Positions 1-9,868 of a stretch of DNA of 64,000 nt are shown piece by piece (the first letter of the stretch is position 1; each line of letters begins with the position of its first letter). The position numbers and the translations under genes are program-made. The stretch is from Thermoanaerobaculia bacterium (GTDB taxonomy: Bacteria > Acidobacteriota > Thermoanaerobaculia > Multivoradales > Multivoraceae), in contig OY762911.1 in NCBI GenBank assembly GCA_963666565.1, positions 2,880,001-2,944,000 of the forward strand. The letters run 5' to 3'. The notes beneath the pieces were generated by a model. It made no database searches. It was not told the DNA's origin and worked only from the letters and a program-made list of their open reading frames with translations.

Positions 1-2376
1 GACCGGTTCCGGGGCGGCGACGGGCCGTGGGTTCTGGGGCTCTTTCTGCTCGTCGCCGTCTTCTACTTCCCGGCGACGAAGGCGGGCTTCGTCTGGGACG
101 ACTCGATCGTGACGACTTCCGAGGCGGTGCGGGAGTGGTCCGGCCTCCGGCAGCTCTGGTTCGAGACCGGGACGACCTATCATCCCGACAACACGCGGGA
201 AGGCCACTTCTGGCCCGTCGTCTACTCGACGTTCTGGCTGGAGCACAAGCTGTGGGGGTTCCAACCGTTCGGCTATCACCTGGTCAACGTGCTGCTGCAC
301 TTCGCCAACTGCTGGCTGATCTGGCGGTTGCTGCGCCGGCTGGCCGTGCCGGGCGCCTGGCTGGCCGCCGCGGTGTTCGCAGTTCATCCGGTCCACGTGG
401 AGGCCGTGGTCTGGGTCATCGCCCGCAAGGACCAGCTCTCGACGCTGTTCTGCCTCGTCGCCGCGCTGGCGTGGCTGCGGTTCGCCGAGTCGCCGCGCGC
501 GGGGCGCTACGCGGGGGCCATGGCGGCGTTCGTCGCCGGTCTGCTGTCGAAGACGATGGCGGCGACGCTGCCGGCCGCGCTCCTCGTCGCGCAATGGTGG
601 AAGCGGGGCCGGGCGAGCGCGGCGGACATCTTGCGTCTGCTGCCGTTCTTCGCCGTGGGCCTGGGCATCGCGTTGAGCGACATGTTCTTCTACCAGGCGC
701 GGGAATCGGCCAGCTTCACGTTCTCGGCCGTCGAACGGCTGCTCATCGCGTCGCGGGCGGTCTGGTTCTACCTCGGCAAGCTGCTCTGGCCGGTCGACCT
801 GGCGGTCGTCTACCCGCGCTGGGAGATCGATCCGTCGTCGCTTCAGGCCTGGCTGTGGCCCGCCGCCGCGGTGGCGGCCGCGGCGCTGCTCTGGCGCCTT
901 CGCGGACGCGTCGGTCGCGGTCCGCTGGCCGGCCTCGGCTTCTTCGTCCTGACCCTGTCGCCGGTGCTCGGGGTCGTGAACAACACGTACATGCAGTGGT
1001 CGTTCGTCGCCGACCGCTACCAGTACCTGGCGAGCCTGGGCGTCATCGCGGTCGTCGCCGGGGCGGCGGCGCGGGCCGCGGAGGGCCTGTCCGGGTTTCA
1101 GCGGAAGGCCGCGCTTGGCGCCGGCGTCGCCGTGCTGGCCGCGCTGGGAACCCTGACCTGGCGCCAGGCGGGCATCTACCGCGACAACGTCACGTTCCAC
1201 AGCCACATCGTCTCGCTCAATCCCGAGGCGCGGGACGCCCACCTGAACCTCGGCGCGGCGCTGTCCGACGTGGGTCGCCACGAGGAGGCCCTGGAGGCGG
1301 CGCGGGTCGCCATCGAGCAGCGGCCGGAGTACGCCGGGGCCTACGCGAACGCCGGCCACGCCCTGATCGACCTGGGCCGCCTGGAGGAGGCGGAGGCGAT
1401 CCTTCGCCGCGGCCGGGAAGTCGACCCGGGGCACCGGAACACGATCCGGAACCTGGCCTCCGCGCTCGAACGGCTGGAGCGGTTCGGTGAGTCGCTCGCG
1501 CTGTACGACGAGTGGCTGGACTTCGACCCGGCGAACGAGCAGGCGCTCGTCGGCCGGGGCGGCGTGCTGCTCCGTATGGGCCGCAACGAGGAGGCGCTCG
1601 CCTTCCTGAAGCGGGAGATTGCGCGACTGCCCGACGCGGCGCCGGGGCGCGGCGCCGACGCGCGCGACCTGCACCGGGCCCGGCTGCGGGTTCAGATGGC
1701 CGTCGCGGCGAGGAAGCTCGGCCGGGCGGAGGAGGTCGCGGACCAGCGCCGCCGGGCTCTGGCGCGGGCGCCGGACCGGCCGGAACCGCTTCACGACCTG
1801 GGCGAGACGCTGCGCGAGGAGGGCCGCCTGGGGGAGGCGATCGAGTGGTACGGCCTGGCGATCGAGCTCGACCCGGAGTTTCCCCTTGCCTACGCGGCGA
1901 TGGGCGACGCGCTCTTCGCCCTGGGACGCCACGACGAGGCGATGGAACGGCTGCTGCGAGCCGAGTCCCTGCTGCCCGCGGATTCGGAACTGGCACCCGA
2001 CCTCCGCCGCCTGATCGGCAGGACGCAGTCGGCGCGAGGTCGGCCCGAGGAGGCGGAGGAGGGCTTCCGTCGCGCCCTGGAACTCGCGCCGGACGATGCC
2101 GCGACTCTGCGGGAGCTGGTTTCTTTGCGCTTCGGCCAGGGCGAGTACGAGGAGGCGCTGGAGGCGCTGCGGACGCTCCTGGAGGTCACTCCCGGCGACC
2201 CGGAGGTCCACGTCAACATCGGCGTGGTGCTCCACCAACTGGGCCGGTCCGAAGAGGCCGCGGCGAGCCTGGAACGGGCGCTGGCGATGGATCCTGACCT
2301 GGAGTCGGCGCGGGCGAACCTCGAGGTCGTGCGGCAGGGGCTGGAATCGGGCGGCGCGGAAGATGCCTGCGGATAG
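1..2376 (+). CDS. TMTC-like membrane protein O-mannosyltransferase (GT-C) with C-terminal TPR repeats; 5'-partial
   Basis: Frame is open from base 1 (DRFRGGDGPWVLGLFLLVAVFYFPATKAGFVWDD). Has GFVWDD, YHLVNVLLH, FAVHPVHVEAVVW, ADRYQYLAS motifs, many TM helices, then multiple TPRs. Confidence 0.85.
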   Translation, partial: DRFRGGDGPWVLGLFLLVAVFYFPATKAGFVWDDSIVTTSEAVREWSGLRQLWFETGTTYHPDNTREGHFWPVVYSTFWLEHKLWGFQPFGYHLVNVLLHFANCWLIWRLLRRLAVPGAWLAAAVFAVHPVHVEAVVWVIARKDQLSTLFCLVAALAWLRFAESPRAGRYAGAMAAFVAGLLSKTMAATLPAALLVAQWWKRGRASAADILRLLPFFAVGLGIALSDMFFYQARESASFTFSAVERLLIASRAVWFYLGKLLWPVDLAVVYPRWEIDPSSLQAWLWPAAAVAAAALLWRLRGRVGRGPLAGLGFFVLTLSPVLGVVNNTYMQWSFVADRYQYLASLGVIAVVAGAAARAAEGLSGFQRKAALGAGVAVLAALGTLTWRQAGIYRDNVTFHSHIVSLNPEARDAHLNLGAALSDVGRHEEALEAARVAIEQRPEYAGAYANAGHALIDLGRLEEAEAILRRGREVDPGHRNTIRNLASALERLERFGESLALYDEWLDFDPANEQALVGRGGVLLRMGRNEEALAFLKREIARLPDAAPGRGADARDLHRARLRVQMAVAARKLGRAEEVADQRRRALARAPDRPEPLHDLGETLREEGRLGEAIEWYGLAIELDPEFPLAYAAMGDALFALGRHDEAMERLLRAESLLPADSELAPDLRRLIGRTQSARGRPEEAEEGFRRALELAPDDAATLRELVSLRFGQGEYEEALEALRTLLEVTPGDPEVHVNIGVVLHQLGRSEEAAASLERALAMDPDLESARANLEVVRQGLESGGAEDACG

Positions 2377-3676
2377 AGGCGTCCGGACGGCCCGGACGGG
2401 GGCGGCGGTTGACGGCGCGCGTCGCGGCGGAGGCTCGCCGCTGGACGCCGCGGAAGGGGCGGGTCCGCGCCGACCCGTGTCGATTGTGGCGCCGACCCTG
2501 CGCGAGGCCGCGAACATCCAGGCACTCGTGGAGCGGGTCGACGCGGCGATGAGGGGTGCCGGGATCGAATGGGAGCTGCTGCTCATCGACGACGACTCGG
2601 ACGACGGGAGCGAGGAGATCGTCGCGGGCCTGGCGCGTCGCCTGCCGGTGAGGATCGAGGTGCGCCGCGGCGTGCCGCCGGGGCTCGCGCTGGCCGTCAT
2701 CGACGGCATCCGGCTTGCCCGGCACGACCTGGTGGTGGTGATGGACGCGGACCTCTCGCATCCGCCGGAACGCATCCGCGACCTGATCGCGGCGCTGGAG
2801 GAGGGCGCCTTCGACGGTGCAGCCGGCGGCGGTGAGGCCGGCGGCGGTGAGGCCGGCGGCGGTGAGTCCGGTAACGGTGGGACCAGCGACGGTGGCCCCG
2901 GCGGCGCCGCCGGCGCGGTCATCGCGGTTGGCAGCCGGTACGCGCCGGGCGCCCGCCTCGACCGTGCCTGGGGCCTCTACCGCGTCCTGAACTCCCGGCT
3001 GGCGACCTGGCTGGCGCGGCCGCTGGTGCGCTGTTCCGACCCGATGTCGGGCTTCTTCGCCGTCGACCGCCGGGCGCTGCCCGACCTGGCGACCCTGGCG
3101 CCCGCCGGCTACAAGATTGGCCTGGAACTCATGGTGCGGGGGCGGCTGCGCGTGCGGGAAGTGGCCATCGACTTCGTCGACCGGGACCGCGGCGCCAGCA
3201 AGATGAACTGGCGCCAGCAGCTCGCCTACCTGCGCCACCTGCGCCGCCTCTACGCGTGGAAGTTCGAGACCCCGGCGCGGGTGCTGAGCTTCGGCCTGGT
3301 CGGCGCGAGCGGCCTCGTCATCGACGTCGCCGTCTACCTGGCCCTGGAGCGGCTCGGAGTGGACCACCGGCTGGCGCGCTTCCTCGCCTTCTGGCCCGCG
3401 GTGACCTCGAACTGGTGGCTGAACCGCAGACTGACCTTCGGCGATCGCCCGCGCCGGCCGCGGGCTCGCCAGTGGGCCTGCTTCGCCGTGGGCAGCGCGC
3501 TCGGGCTGGTCGTCAACGTCGGCAGCTATCTCGCGCTGACCGGCCTGGTCCCGGCGTTCGCGGAGCGTCGGCTGGCCGCGCTGCTCGTCGGCGTCGGCGT
3601 GGGGGCGGCGGTGAACTACGGGATCGCGGCGGGCTACGTCTATCGCCGCGGGAGCGTGGGTTCCGGGGACCGCTGA
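2363..3676 (+). CDS. Polyprenol-phosphate mannose synthase-like GT2 fused to a GtrA-like membrane domain
   Basis: Motifs VSIVAPT, IDDDSDDGS, VMDADLSHPPE, DPMSGFF, GYKIGLEL, DRDRGASKM; C-terminal FGLVGASG..SNWWLNRRLTF is GtrA-like. ATG at 2363 overlaps the upstream gene end. Confidence 0.88.
   Translation: MPADRGVRTARTGAAVDGARRGGGSPLDAAEGAGPRRPVSIVAPTLREAANIQALVERVDAAMRGAGIEWELLLIDDDSDDGSEEIVAGLARRLPVRIEVRRGVPPGLALAVIDGIRLARHDLVVVMDADLSHPPERIRDLIAALEEGAFDGAAGGGEAGGGEAGGGESGNGGTSDGGPGGAAGAVIAVGSRYAPGARLDRAWGLYRVLNSRLATWLARPLVRCSDPMSGFFAVDRRALPDLATLAPAGYKIGLELMVRGRLRVREVAIDFVDRDRGASKMNWRQQLAYLRHLRRLYAWKFETPARVLSFGLVGASGLVIDVAVYLALERLGVDHRLARFLAFWPAVTSNWWLNRRLTFGDRPRRPRARQWACFAVGSALGLVVNVGSYLALTGLVPAFAERRLAALLVGVGVGAAVNYGIAAGYVYRRGSVGSGDR
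2822..2866 (+). repeat. 15-bp tandem repeat x3 (GCCGGCGGCGGTGAG) encoding AGGGE repeats in a Gly-rich loop of the GT2
   Basis: Directly visible in the sequence. Confidence 0.9.
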
Positions 3677-3686
3677 GCGGTCATGG

Positions 3687-4679
3687 TCAGCGGCGGCTGG
3701 TGAGCAGCGCGGATCCGACGAGGACCAGCAGCAGCAGAACGGCCCCGATACCGAGCAGGATCGGCGACGCGTCGGGCCGGCGGTCCTCCGTGACGACCTC
3801 GCTCCCCGGCTCGTCGAAGATCGCGGCGGCGTTCCGGGCGGCGGTGGCGGCCGCGGCCAGGGCGGCCTCGTCCTCCGGCTGGCCGAGGCCGCCGTCCTCG
3901 ACGATCCGCTCCACGGTGTGAACGAGGTCCCAGATCTCGTCCTTCGTGTAGGCCTCGCGGTAGCCCGGCATCGCCGTGCCGTCCATGCCGAGATAGAGGC
4001 GGCCGTAGATGTCGGCGTTGCCGTTTCCGCCCTTGAAGACGCCGCCGACGATGTTCGTCGGCAGGGTGTGGTTGCCCTCGAAGTCGGGCATCGGGTCGTT
4101 GCGGAGCCGGCGTCCGTTCGGGCCGTGGCAGGAAGCGCAGGCCTCCAGGTACAGGCGCTCGCCGCGCGCGCGCCGCTCCTCGTCGAACGGCGGCTCGGGC
4201 GGGATCTCGATCGCCGGGCCGGGAGTCGTCCGTTCGGCGAACTCCGCGTCCGCCTCGGCGGCGCTCAGTTCGCCGGCGGCTACCCGGCGGTCGAGTTCGG
4301 CCCGGATGGCGTCCAGGCTGAAGCTGCGCGTGTAGCGGGCCATCGCCGCGATCTCGTCGTCGGGAACCTGGCCCCAGGCCGACATTCCCGTGCCGGGCAT
4401 GCCGCGGCGGATCGTCTCCTCCAGATCCCGGTCCGAGGGGATGGAGTTCTCGGTCGTCGCGAGCTTGAAACGGCCGGACTGGAAGCTGCGCGGCCGCTCG
4501 CCGGTGGTGTAGCTGAACTTGCCCAGACCGTCGCCGGCTTCGCCGTGGCATTCGCGGCAGTAACGGAGGAAGGCCTGCCGGCCGAGGTTGGGGTCGGGAG
4601 CGGCCGAGTCGGCGGGAGTCGAGTCCTGGGCGCCCTGCGCCATCGCGCTGGTTGCGAGCAGGAGAGTACAGAGGAACAA
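3687..4679 (-). CDS. Exported di-heme c-type cytochrome with C-terminal membrane anchor
   Basis: Signal peptide, two CxxCH motifs (CRECH, CASCH), GMPGTGM and GTAMP distal Met ligands, C-terminal TM helix. Start uncertain. Confidence 0.85.
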   Translation of the reverse strand: MFLCTLLLATSAMAQGAQDSTPADSAAPDPNLGRQAFLRYCRECHGEAGDGLGKFSYTTGERPRSFQSGRFKLATTENSIPSDRDLEETIRRGMPGTGMSAWGQVPDDEIAAMARYTRSFSLDAIRAELDRRVAAGELSAAEADAEFAERTTPGPAIEIPPEPPFDEERRARGERLYLEACASCHGPNGRRLRNDPMPDFEGNHTLPTNIVGGVFKGGNGNADIYGRLYLGMDGTAMPGYREAYTKDEIWDLVHTVERIVEDGGLGQPEDEAALAAAATAARNAAAIFDEPGSEVVTEDRRPDASPILLGIGAVLLLLVLVGSALLTSRR

Positions 4680-4734
4680 TGCTGCGTGCCTCCCAAGGGG
4701 CGAAGGCCGGAGGGCGTGGGGAAAGGAGGACCCT

Positions 4735-4977
4735 ATGACGACTGTTCGATCCTACGAGGCAAAGACGCGGTTGCCCGAACTTCCGGGCGACGTGGAGCGG
4801 GGCGAGGTCGTGACGATCACGCGTCGCGGCAAGCCTGTCGCTCGCATCGTCGGCGCGAAGGGCGCCGAGGAGCCCGTAGCCGCGGTCGTCGAACGGATCA
4901 AGGCGGCGCGCAGCGAGCGTTCCGCCGTCACGACCGAGGAGATCCTCTCCGCTCGCGACGAGGGACGTCGCTTCTAG
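4735..4977 (+). CDS. Phd/YefM-family antitoxin (no adjacent toxin)
   Basis: MTTVRSYEAKTRLPEL..VERGEVVTITRRGKPVARIV; AGGAGG RBS before the ATG at 4735. Confidence 0.85.
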   Translation: MTTVRSYEAKTRLPELPGDVERGEVVTITRRGKPVARIVGAKGAEEPVAAVVERIKAARSERSAVTTEEILSARDEGRRF

Positions 4978-4988
4978 TGGATCTTGGT

Positions 4989-5010
4989 TCGCCGGCAAAC
5001 TTGCCGGCGA
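4989..5010. promoter_or_regulatory. Perfect palindrome TCGCCGGCAA-AC-TTGCCGGCGA, candidate operator of the BREX operon
   Basis: 10-bp arms with a 2-nt spacer, ending 5 bp upstream of the -35 box. Confidence 0.5.
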
Positions 5011-5015
5011 CACAG

Positions 5016-5044
5016 TTGACAGCCTTCCGTGGATTCACTACGAT
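5016..5044 (+). promoter_or_regulatory. Sigma70-type promoter TTGACA-N17-TACGAT driving the BREX operon
   Basis: Consensus -35 at 5016-5021, 17-nt spacer, -10 at 5039-5044; in-frame GTG at 5053. Confidence 0.7.
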
Positions 5045-5052
5045 GCCCGGTC

Positions 5053-5841
5053 GTGGCCATCGAACAGCTACGCGCCGCCCCCGTGGCGGACCTTGAACGC
5101 GCCGGATTTCGCCTCGGCGCGCGCGGCACGCACACGAGCCGCACGATCATGCTGGAAGACCTGGGCGAACTCCTCGCGGCCGTTCCAACGGATAGCGACA
5201 GGAGCGTCTACGCCCACGCCGTCGTCGAAGACAACGTGCTCGGGAAGCAGACGGCGGCTACGCGGCGGCTCAGCTTTCAGCGGCTGCGCGAGCTTTACGG
5301 CCTCGACCCGCGGATACCCCTCTTCCGGGTGCTGCGGCGTCTTTGGGAGATCGACGAGGCGGGGCGGCCTCGGCTGGCCGTGCTCACGGCCATGGCGCGG
5401 GATCCTCTGCTCACGGCCACCGCGCCGGTCGTCGTGCTGTTGTCGCCGGGCGAGGAAATGATGCGTACCACGCTCCTTGAGAAGATCCGGGCAACCGTCG
5501 ACGACCGGCTCAACGACGCCGTGCTCGACAAGGTGGCGCGCAACGCCGGCAGTTCCTGGGTCCAGGCGGGCTTCCTCAGGGGCCGCGTGCGGAAGATCCG
5601 CCGCCGGGTCGCCCCGACGCCGGGAACCGTCGCTCTCGCGCTGTGGCTCGGACGGCTGGAGGGCTACGCGGTGGCCCGGCTGCTCGACTCGCCGTGGGCG
5701 CGGGTTGCCGGCGACGGCGGTCCGGGGGAGCTGCTGCCGGTCGCGCTCCGGGCGGGCCAGCTCGGCCTCGTCCGGGCACGCGCCGCGGCCGGCGTCCTCT
5801 CCATCGACGCTTCCATTCTCGACCCGGCGGTAGCGCGATGA
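5053..5841 (+). CDS. brxA: BrxA-like BREX protein
   Basis: First gene before brxB/brxC; NVLGKQT..TRR, KVARNAGSSW.QAGFL pattern of BREX-1 leader genes. Start set at GTG 5053 because the ORF-track start lies inside the promoter. Confidence 0.65.
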   Translation: MAIEQLRAAPVADLERAGFRLGARGTHTSRTIMLEDLGELLAAVPTDSDRSVYAHAVVEDNVLGKQTAATRRLSFQRLRELYGLDPRIPLFRVLRRLWEIDEAGRPRLAVLTAMARDPLLTATAPVVVLLSPGEEMMRTTLLEKIRATVDDRLNDAVLDKVARNAGSSWVQAGFLRGRVRKIRRRVAPTPGTVALALWLGRLEGYAVARLLDSPWARVAGDGGPGELLPVALRAGQLGLVRARAAAGVLSIDASILDPAVAR

Positions 5842-6404
5842 CCCTCAGCCGCATCGACAGGCTGGCCCGGGCGTACGAACGCCACATCGGCGCGCCGTGG
5901 CAACGCACCCTCGCCGGCGCCCAGCGGGTCGTCTTCGTCGTCTACGACAAGGAGATGGAACGGGCGTTGCGCGCCAGGATCGGCCAGTTCAAGCAGGCGA
6001 CGGTGGGCGCCGGTCACGGCTGGAATCTGGTCGATTGCACCTCCTGGTTCGCGGAGTGGATGGCTCGCGACGAGTACCGCGACGCCTACTTCGAGGATCC
6101 GTCCCTGCTCGAACTGAAGCTCGAAAGCGAGTTCCGCGCCCAGTCGGCCCAGAAGCTCGCCATCGCCCTGGAGCAGGCGGGTGAGACCGACGTGGTCGCC
6201 CTGCTCGGCGTCGCGTCGCTGTACGGTTTCCTGCGCGTGTCCGACCTCATCCGCGCCGTGGAGCCGGCCGTCCGGGGCCGGCTCGTCGTCTTCTTCCCCG
6301 GCAGCAGGAACGAGAACAACTTCCGGCTGCTCGACGCGCGGGACGGCTGGAACTACCTGGCCCAGGCCATCACGCTCCACGATGAACAGGTGACCTTGCC
6401 GTGA
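5838..6404 (+). CDS. brxB: BREX protein BrxB (DUF1788)
   Basis: GVASLYGFLRVS, LVVFFPG, FRLLDARDGWNYLA; ATGA overlap with brxA. Confidence 0.85.
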   Translation: MTLSRIDRLARAYERHIGAPWQRTLAGAQRVVFVVYDKEMERALRARIGQFKQATVGAGHGWNLVDCTSWFAEWMARDEYRDAYFEDPSLLELKLESEFRAQSAQKLAIALEQAGETDVVALLGVASLYGFLRVSDLIRAVEPAVRGRLVVFFPGSRNENNFRLLDARDGWNYLAQAITLHDEQVTLP

Positions 6405-9400
6405 AGATCCACGAACTCCTCGACCGCGACCCGCGCGGCGCCCGCCTCGCGAACAACGGCCAGGCCCGTCTCGACGTGGAGGGCGGCCGATCCGAGGACG
6501 TGCTGCGCGAGGAACTCTCCACGTTCGTCTGCGACGGGCGCTTCGGTGATGCGCTGCAGCGCATCCTCGACCGCTACCTCGCGAACCTGGGCGCGGCGCG
6601 GCAGGACGCGGCCTGGGTCAGCGGGTTCTTCGGCAGCGGCAAGTCGCATTTGCTCAAGATGGCCGCGCACCTGTGGCGGAACACGAGCTTCGAGGACGGC
6701 TCGACGGCCCGCGGCGTGGCCGGGGAGTCTCTCCCCGGCGACGTGCAGGCCGCGCTGCGGGAGCTGGACACCCGGGCGACGCGCGCCGGCCGCCGCCCGG
6801 TCGCCGCAGCCGGCACTCTCCTGGGCGGCAACGACTGGGTCCGCCGCACCGTGCTCGAGATCGTCCTGCGCGCCCGCGGCTGGCCGGACCAGTACGCGCA
6901 GGCGAAGTTCTGCTTCTGGCTGCGGGACGAGGGTGCGCTGGACGCGGTGCGGGCGGCGGTCGAAGCCGGGGAAAGGGACTGGCTGCGGGAACTGAACAAC
7001 CTCTACGTCAGCCCCGTCCTCGCGGGCGCGGTGGTCGACGCGGTGCCGGGCTTCGCCGCCGACGTGAAGAACGCCATGCAGGCGTTGCGGGCGCAGTTCC
7101 CGCCGACCAGGGAGGACATCACCACGGAGCAGTTCGTCGACGCCGCCCGCCGCGCGCTCTCGGACGGCGACGAGCTTCCGCACACGGTGCTCGTGCTCGA
7201 CGAGGTCCAGCAGTACATCGGCGGCGACGAGGACCGGTCGTCGGCCATCACCGAACTCGCGGAGGCGATCCAGACCCGGTTCGACAGCCGGGTGATGCTC
7301 GTTGGCGCGGGCCAGTCGGCGCTGTCGGCCGACACGCCGCATCTGGCCAAGCTCCGCGACCGGTTCGTGATCCGGGTGGAGCTGACCGACGCCGACGTCG
7401 AGGCGGTGACGCGGCGCGTGCTGCTCAGCAAGAAGCAGAGCGCCGTTCCCGAGATCGAGAAGCTCTTCGAGACCCACGCCGGCGAGGTCGCCCGTCACCT
7501 GCGGAACACGCGCATCGGCGCCCGGCCGGAGGACGCCGGCCACCGGGTGGACGACTACCCGCTGCTCCCCGTCCGCCGCCGGTTCTGGGAGGCGTGCTTC
7601 CGGGCCGTCGATGCCGGCGGCGCGCAGAGCCAGCTTCGTTCCCAGTTGCGGATCCTGCACGACTCGCTGGACGGGCTCGCGTCGCGGGACCTCGGCGCCG
7701 CGATACCCGCGTCCGACCTCTTCGGCGCCCTCGCGCCGGACATGGTGAGCACCGGCGTTCTCCTCGGTGAACTCGACACGCGGATCAGGCGGCTCGACGA
7801 CGGGACGGACCGCGGCCGCCTGCGGCGCGACCTCTGCGGGCTGGCGTTCCTGATCGGACGGCTGCCCCGCGAGACCGCGGTCGACATGGGAGTGCGGGCC
7901 ACGCCGTCCGCCCTGGCCGACCTGCTCGTGACCGACATCACGCGGGACGCGTCGGCGTTCCGGCGCGACGTGGAGAGGGAGCTCGAGTCCCTCGCAGAGC
8001 GCGGCGAACTCCTCAAGGTGGGCGAGGAGTACCGCCTCCAGACCACGGAGGGCGCCGAGTGGGACCGCGCCTACCGCGAACAGGTCGCGGCGATGCGGCA
8101 GGACGAGGTCGAGATCGGGCGCGTCCGCAACCAGCTCTTCGGCAGGGAGGTTGAGGAGGCGGTGCGGTCTCTCCGCCTCATCCACGGCGAATCGAAGTTG
8201 CGACGCACGGTCAAGCTCCACGCCGGGGAGGAAGCGCCGGTGCCCGACGCCGAGGCCGTGGTCGTCTGGTGGCGCGACGGCTGGTCGGTTCGGCGGAACG
8301 CCGTGGAGAACGAGGCGCGGCGGGCGGGAGTCGAGGGTCCGACCCTGTTCGCCTGGCTGCCGCGCCGCAACGCGGACGAACTGCGCGAGCGGATCCTCGC
8401 CGTCGAGGCGGCGGGGCGGGTGCTCGACCTGAAGGGCAGCCCCGCCTCGCCCGAGGGGCGGGACGCGAAGGCGGGAATGGAGAGCCGGCGGGACGACGCC
8501 GTCCGCCAGCGCACCGAACTCGTCCTCGACGCGCTGCGGGCAGCGGCCGTCTACCAGGGCGGGGGCACGGAGGTCTACGGCGAGGACCTGCGCCAGCGGA
8601 TCGAGCGGGGCGCCGAGGCCTCGCTGGCGAGGCTCTTCCCGGAGTTCGACAAGGGCGACCACCGGGCCTGGGAGGTGGCGCTCCGCCGCGCCCGCGACGG
8701 CAACGACGCGCCGCTCCAGATCGTCGGTTGGGAGGGGCAGACGGCGGACCATCCGGTGGCCCGCGAAGTGCTCGCGAAAGCTGCGGCCGGCGCGCGCGGC
8801 ACCGAACTGCACCGGGCGCTCCGGGCCGCGCCGTTCGGCTGGCCGCAGGACGCGGTGGACGCCGTGCTGGTGGCGCTGCACCGGAGCGGACACCTGAGGG
8901 CCGTCCGCAACGGGGTCGACGTCGCGGTCGGCGCGCTGGACCAGGCCGGCATCAAGGCGGCGGAGTTCCGGCCCGAGAGGGTCGTGCTCACCGTGAGCGA
9001 CCGGATCGCCGTGCGCGGCCTGTTCCAGCAGGTCGGCGTCCGTGCGCGGAGCGGGGAGGAGGCGCAGTCCGCCCGGAGCTTCCTCGACCGTCTGCAGGAG
9101 CTTGCGGAGTCCGCCGGCGGCGCGGCGCCGCTGCCGCCCGTGCCCGAGACCGGCTTCATCGACGAACTCTCACGGCTTGCGGGCGCGGAACAGTTGGCCG
9201 CCATCCACGAGCGGCGCGAGAGCATCGGCGAGTCGATTGCCGCCTGGACGGCGCTGGCCGAGCGGCGGGAGGGCCGCGAACGGTTGTGGCGGCTCGCGGC
9301 GGGCCTGCGGCGGCATGCCCAGGGTCTCTCGGGCACGGACTCGCCGGAGCAGGAGTTCGAAGCGATCGAGCGGCAGCGATCGCTCCTCGCGGAGACCGAC

Positions 9401-9868
9401 CGCCTCGATCCCCTCGTGGGCCGGCTCGCCGGCGCACTGCGCGAGGAATTGACTGCGCGACGCCACAAGCTCACCGTCGCGGTGACCGGTGCCGCCGAGG
9501 CGCTGGCCGCGGACGCGACCTGGCAGCGCTTGGACCAGGGCGAGCAGGAGGAGATCCTCCGGCAGTGCCAGCTTGACCCGCCTCGCGAGACCCCGATCGC
9601 GACGCGCCAGGAGCTTCTCGCCAACCTCGACAACCGCCCGCTCGCCGCATGGCAGGCCGAGGCCGATGCCGTCCGCGAGCGCGCCTCCCGGGCGTTGGGC
9701 GAAGCGGCGACCCGGCTTGGCGCCGGTTCCGAGGACGAGCCGGCGCCGACCCGCGTCACGATCCGCCCCGTTACGCTTGCCGACGAGGTGGCCGTCCGGG
9801 ACTGGCTGCGGGAGCAGGAGGAGCGGCTGGTGGAGGCGGTGCGGAAGGGGCCGGTGGTGCTGCGGTGA
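6401..9868 (+). CDS. brxC: BREX P-loop ATPase BrxC
   Basis: EELSTFV, WVSGFFGSGKSH (Walker A), LVLDEVQQYI (Walker B), DYPLLP, PFGWPQDA; 1155 aa. Confidence 0.92.
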   Translation: MKIHELLDRDPRGARLANNGQARLDVEGGRSEDVLREELSTFVCDGRFGDALQRILDRYLANLGAARQDAAWVSGFFGSGKSHLLKMAAHLWRNTSFEDGSTARGVAGESLPGDVQAALRELDTRATRAGRRPVAAAGTLLGGNDWVRRTVLEIVLRARGWPDQYAQAKFCFWLRDEGALDAVRAAVEAGERDWLRELNNLYVSPVLAGAVVDAVPGFAADVKNAMQALRAQFPPTREDITTEQFVDAARRALSDGDELPHTVLVLDEVQQYIGGDEDRSSAITELAEAIQTRFDSRVMLVGAGQSALSADTPHLAKLRDRFVIRVELTDADVEAVTRRVLLSKKQSAVPEIEKLFETHAGEVARHLRNTRIGARPEDAGHRVDDYPLLPVRRRFWEACFRAVDAGGAQSQLRSQLRILHDSLDGLASRDLGAAIPASDLFGALAPDMVSTGVLLGELDTRIRRLDDGTDRGRLRRDLCGLAFLIGRLPRETAVDMGVRATPSALADLLVTDITRDASAFRRDVERELESLAERGELLKVGEEYRLQTTEGAEWDRAYREQVAAMRQDEVEIGRVRNQLFGREVEEAVRSLRLIHGESKLRRTVKLHAGEEAPVPDAEAVVVWWRDGWSVRRNAVENEARRAGVEGPTLFAWLPRRNADELRERILAVEAAGRVLDLKGSPASPEGRDAKAGMESRRDDAVRQRTELVLDALRAAAVYQGGGTEVYGEDLRQRIERGAEASLARLFPEFDKGDHRAWEVALRRARDGNDAPLQIVGWEGQTADHPVAREVLAKAAAGARGTELHRALRAAPFGWPQDAVDAVLVALHRSGHLRAVRNGVDVAVGALDQAGIKAAEFRPERVVLTVSDRIAVRGLFQQVGVRARSGEEAQSARSFLDRLQELAESAGGAAPLPPVPETGFIDELSRLAGAEQLAAIHERRESIGESIAAWTALAERREGRERLWRLAAGLRRHAQGLSGTDSPEQEFEAIERQRSLLAETDRLDPLVGRLAGALREELTARRHKLTVAVTGAAEALAADATWQRLDQGEQEEILRQCQLDPPRETPIATRQELLANLDNRPLAAWQAEADAVRERASRALGEAATRLGAGSEDEPAPTRVTIRPVTLADEVAVRDWLREQEERLVEAVRKGPVVLR

